From positions 15,934,001-15,998,000 of the forward strand of contig JBHGNT010000018.1 in assembly GCA_043228905.1 (NCBI GenBank): a DNA stretch of 64,000 nucleotides, given 5' to 3'. Positions 61,025-64,000 of the stretch are shown here, piece after piece. The DNA comes from Azolla caroliniana (taxonomy: Eukaryota; Plantae; Polypodiophyta). The translations under genes and the position numbers were made by a program. The number at the start of each line of letters is the position of its first letter. Positions within the stretch are counted from its first letter, which is position 1. The notes below the pieces were generated by a model that searched no databases, was not told where the DNA came from, and saw only the letters and a list, made by a program, of their open reading frames with translations.

Positions 61025-64000
61025 TCAATAGTTCATTTCCTCCTCCTCATTGACCCGACTTGTTGTTTTCTCGCCTTTATCTTCGTCATTGTCATCGAGG
61101 TTTGGCTCCCTGTCTTGTCGCTTTTTGAAGATTTTGACCCGCTTCCCTGCTATTGGTACTGCTAGCTTAGTCCCATCGAGTTTAGCGAGGTGGTAGGTAG
61201 CATTATCGTTTGCACTCGTTACCACGTACGGCCCAAACCATCGCTTTGCGAATTTCCGTATCGAGCTATGTTGATTGTCGAGACTACTATCATATACAAT
61301 CACCCAGTCTCCTTCTTCGATCTTCCGAGGGTGCAGTCGGTGTGTCTTGTCGAATCGCGCTTTGTTACTTAGCCTAGCCGCTTCTAACCTCTCCTTTGCG
61401 AACTCCAAGTCTTCGGGTCTTCTCTCAAGTTGCCTTATCGTTGTGGCTAGAAGCTCTTCTTGACTCATCTCATTTTCCCACGACATCGCTACCCATGAAG
61501 TGATCGTGTCTTCAATGGGCATCACCGGCTTTTGTCCGTACATGAGTTCAGCTAGCATGAAACCTGTAATTGAGCTATGAGTTGTTCTGTCGGCCCACAA
61601 GGCATAAGGTAGTAACCGAGGCCAATTCCCGACTTGCCCATCACAAGCTCATACAATGGCTTTTACGATAGGCCCATGTCCGCGTTCTATCTTTCCATTA
61701 GCCTCCGGGTTATAAGCGGTCGTGAGAGAGAGCTTCACTCCAAGTCGGTCAAAGAGCTCTATAGCTTCGTGAACGTTCAACTCTCCTCTGTCGGCCACTA
61801 TCTTTCCCACTCATCTGTACCGGCAGATGACATCCTCGAGTAAGAATTTACACACCCCCGTCGTCATTTTGTTTGCTAAGGCTTGCCCTTCTACTTGGTT
61901 TGTTAGGTCTTCTCTTGCTAGCACCAAATATTTCATTTGGCCCACTCCCATCGGCATCGAAACCAAATCCACTATCCATTTGAAGTGTATGGTGAGTGGG
62001 TAGGTCGGGTGCAACTCATCCCTATGGCGTATGTTGGAGTTTATCTGGCAGCTTTCACACGTCCCCACGAAATGGGTGACATCCTTGTACATTCCCGGCC
62101 ACCAATACTTCTCCTTTAACTTCTCAAATGTTGCCCACATTCCTCTATGGCCCGCCCAAGGACTCTCGTGGAACTCAGACACCAATGTTGTCTGGTCTTC
62201 TTCCTTTATGACCACTCATTGTGGCGTCCCCGTCCTTCTCTTTGGGTGCCTTCAGAGGAATCCCCCTCGTAGGAAGTACTTGCACGCTTTCTTTCGGACT
62301 CTCTGTGCTTCCTGCTTCGACCATGAACTATCCACCGTCATTGAGCTTAAGAACTTGCCAATGTGTAGCCACTCCCCTTCGTATTCACTTTCGTTGGCAC
62401 ATCTTGATCATCTACAGACGCTTGGGCCGTCTTAAAGAAGTCAAGAGCGACATCCTCATCTTTAGACACCATGTCTCTTTCGGCCTCGAATCTTGCCCTC
62501 GATAGGCTATCTGCCATGGCATTGTTCTTCCTTGAAATGTGGTGAATCTCCAGGTTCATTGATTTGATGTAAGCAATCCACCTTAGCATAGCTAGGTCGG
62601 GTGTTGCACATCCCGAAACCATCCCTAGGATTGGAAGGCAATCCGTCTCTATTACCACCTCTGGCCCAATTAGGTAATCTTTATCCGCCTTTACTGCAAA
62701 CACAATACCCCAAAGCTCACGTTTTACTTGGACGTATCCTCGTTGTCGCTCGCTTAAGACCTTGGCTCCGAACCGGATGGCGTAGTGTGTACCATCCTCT
62801 CCTTCTTGGTTTATGACCCATCTGATCCCTGTTGGACTCGTATCTACCGTCACGTAGATGGGCACCCCTTGTATACGGCTTTTCGTAAAGTTGGTGCTGC
62901 TACCAACATTCCTTTGAGCCTCTTCATTGCCTTTGTGTGCTCTTCCTCCCACTTGAAGTTCCACCCCTTCTTGAGTAGCTCATACAAGGGCTCGGTTAGG
63001 TGAGCATAGTGCGGGATCCAGATGTGGTAGAATGCACAAGCACCAAGAAATCGCCTCACCTCTGTTTGCGATTTACATTCTTCCCTCATGTCTGTGATGG
63101 CGTCCACCTTTGCTGGGGACGACTTCCGTCCGTACGCCGCACACAAGTGTCCCACCACAAGGATCTCCGGTTGGCCGAATGCTGATTTCTCACCCGAGAA
63201 GGTCAAGCGTGCATCTTTGAGTCTTTGTAGAACCTTCTTGCAATCGGAGATGTGATATGCCACAAAACGTCTGCACCCATCCTCGTCCAAGGTTTCATCT
63301 TTCTTTGCTTCAGAGCACCCTTTTATGGGGATGTCATCGAGGAACGACATGGTGATGTCGGGGATACAATCTCTCAATACCTTGTTCATTGCATTTATCA
63401 TGTGGGCTACAGAGTTAGTGCCTCCTTGTGGCAAGGTACACATTCACACTAGGCCAATAGGGGTCCGCATCGTTGTGATGTCCCTACTCTCCACAACTAG
63501 TTGGAATTGATCATACCCCGAGTATAGATCATCGATCGAATAAATAGACCTTCCAGCGAAGGCCTCGACGAATTCGTCAATGCTCGGTCCGACCCCAACA
63601 TTTCGAATTGTCACTTGATTAACAGGTTGTAGGTCCTGGATGAAGCGTAATGTGCCGTTCTTCTTTGGCACAGTGAACCACCGATTCGAGTATGGGGCGC
63701 TTGATGGCTCGAGGATACCCATCTCAATCTTTTCCTTGAGTAGCTCAATCAACTTCGGGATGTGAGCTCTCGGAATGGGGATTGGCTTGATGTTCCATGG
63801 TACATGCGGCACCGTAAAATCACCATTGGCTCCACGATCTTCGGGTTTACACACCCTATCTCACCCGACGAGAAGGTGAAAGCCCTTCCGTGGCTTTCGA
63901 TCATCCTTCTAAATCTTTCCTCCTCCCTAGGCAATAGGAAGCCACCCCCACCAATCGGAGCTTCTGTCGCGTCTCGTCGGTAAACCGGTGCCCTATGCCT
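61025..64000 (-). pseudogene. pol: Gypsy pol (RT-RH-IN) with stops and frameshifts
   Basis: ORF pieces 63444-63854, 62850-63443, 62347-62964, 61811-62215 and 61025-61600. Confidence 0.92.

Larger units (their letters stand above)
59072..64000 (-). mobile_element. Gypsy element related to 1322-8364 (3' LTR 59072-60964, PPT, decayed IN/RH/RT); runs off the window
   Basis: LTR TGTCGTGA...CGCAACA on the minus strand; pol motifs nearly identical to the first gypsy (LPQGGTNS, FLDD, HESPWAGH, WFGPY). Confidence 0.92.

Overview
Eukaryotic, land-plant nuclear DNA, most likely a moss (Physcomitrium-like; inferred from the retrotransposon lineages and gene style). There are no prokaryotic features. Layout: (i) 1-8.7 kb is a nest of LTR retrotransposons, in which a full-length Ty3/gypsy element (653-bp LTRs, tRNA-Trp PBS, 4-bp TSD) sits inside a Ty1/copia remnant. 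(ii) 8.7-35.3 kb is an AT-rich, TE-poor island with one spliced host gene on the minus strand (plant-specific GTGVFLPR-motif protein, ATG at 16586), microsatellites, LINE relics and a small non-autonomous LTR element that appears to be self-priming. (iii) 35.3-64 kb is a dense nest of at least five copia pieces and three gypsy pieces. The observations most worth following up are: arrays of 7-12 covarying RNA hairpins capped by G(CUUG)C in the R/U5 region of two diverged gypsy LTRs; a -1 frameshift site plus pseudoknot placed after the protease; CpG-centred 4-bp target sites; a copia family with a charged C-terminal extension flanked by duplicated PPT/LRG motifs; a tRNA-independent (Tf1-type) primer site in a mini-element; and an apparently identical tandem of a gag-protease non-autonomous element. 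All coordinates and alignments were read by eye.
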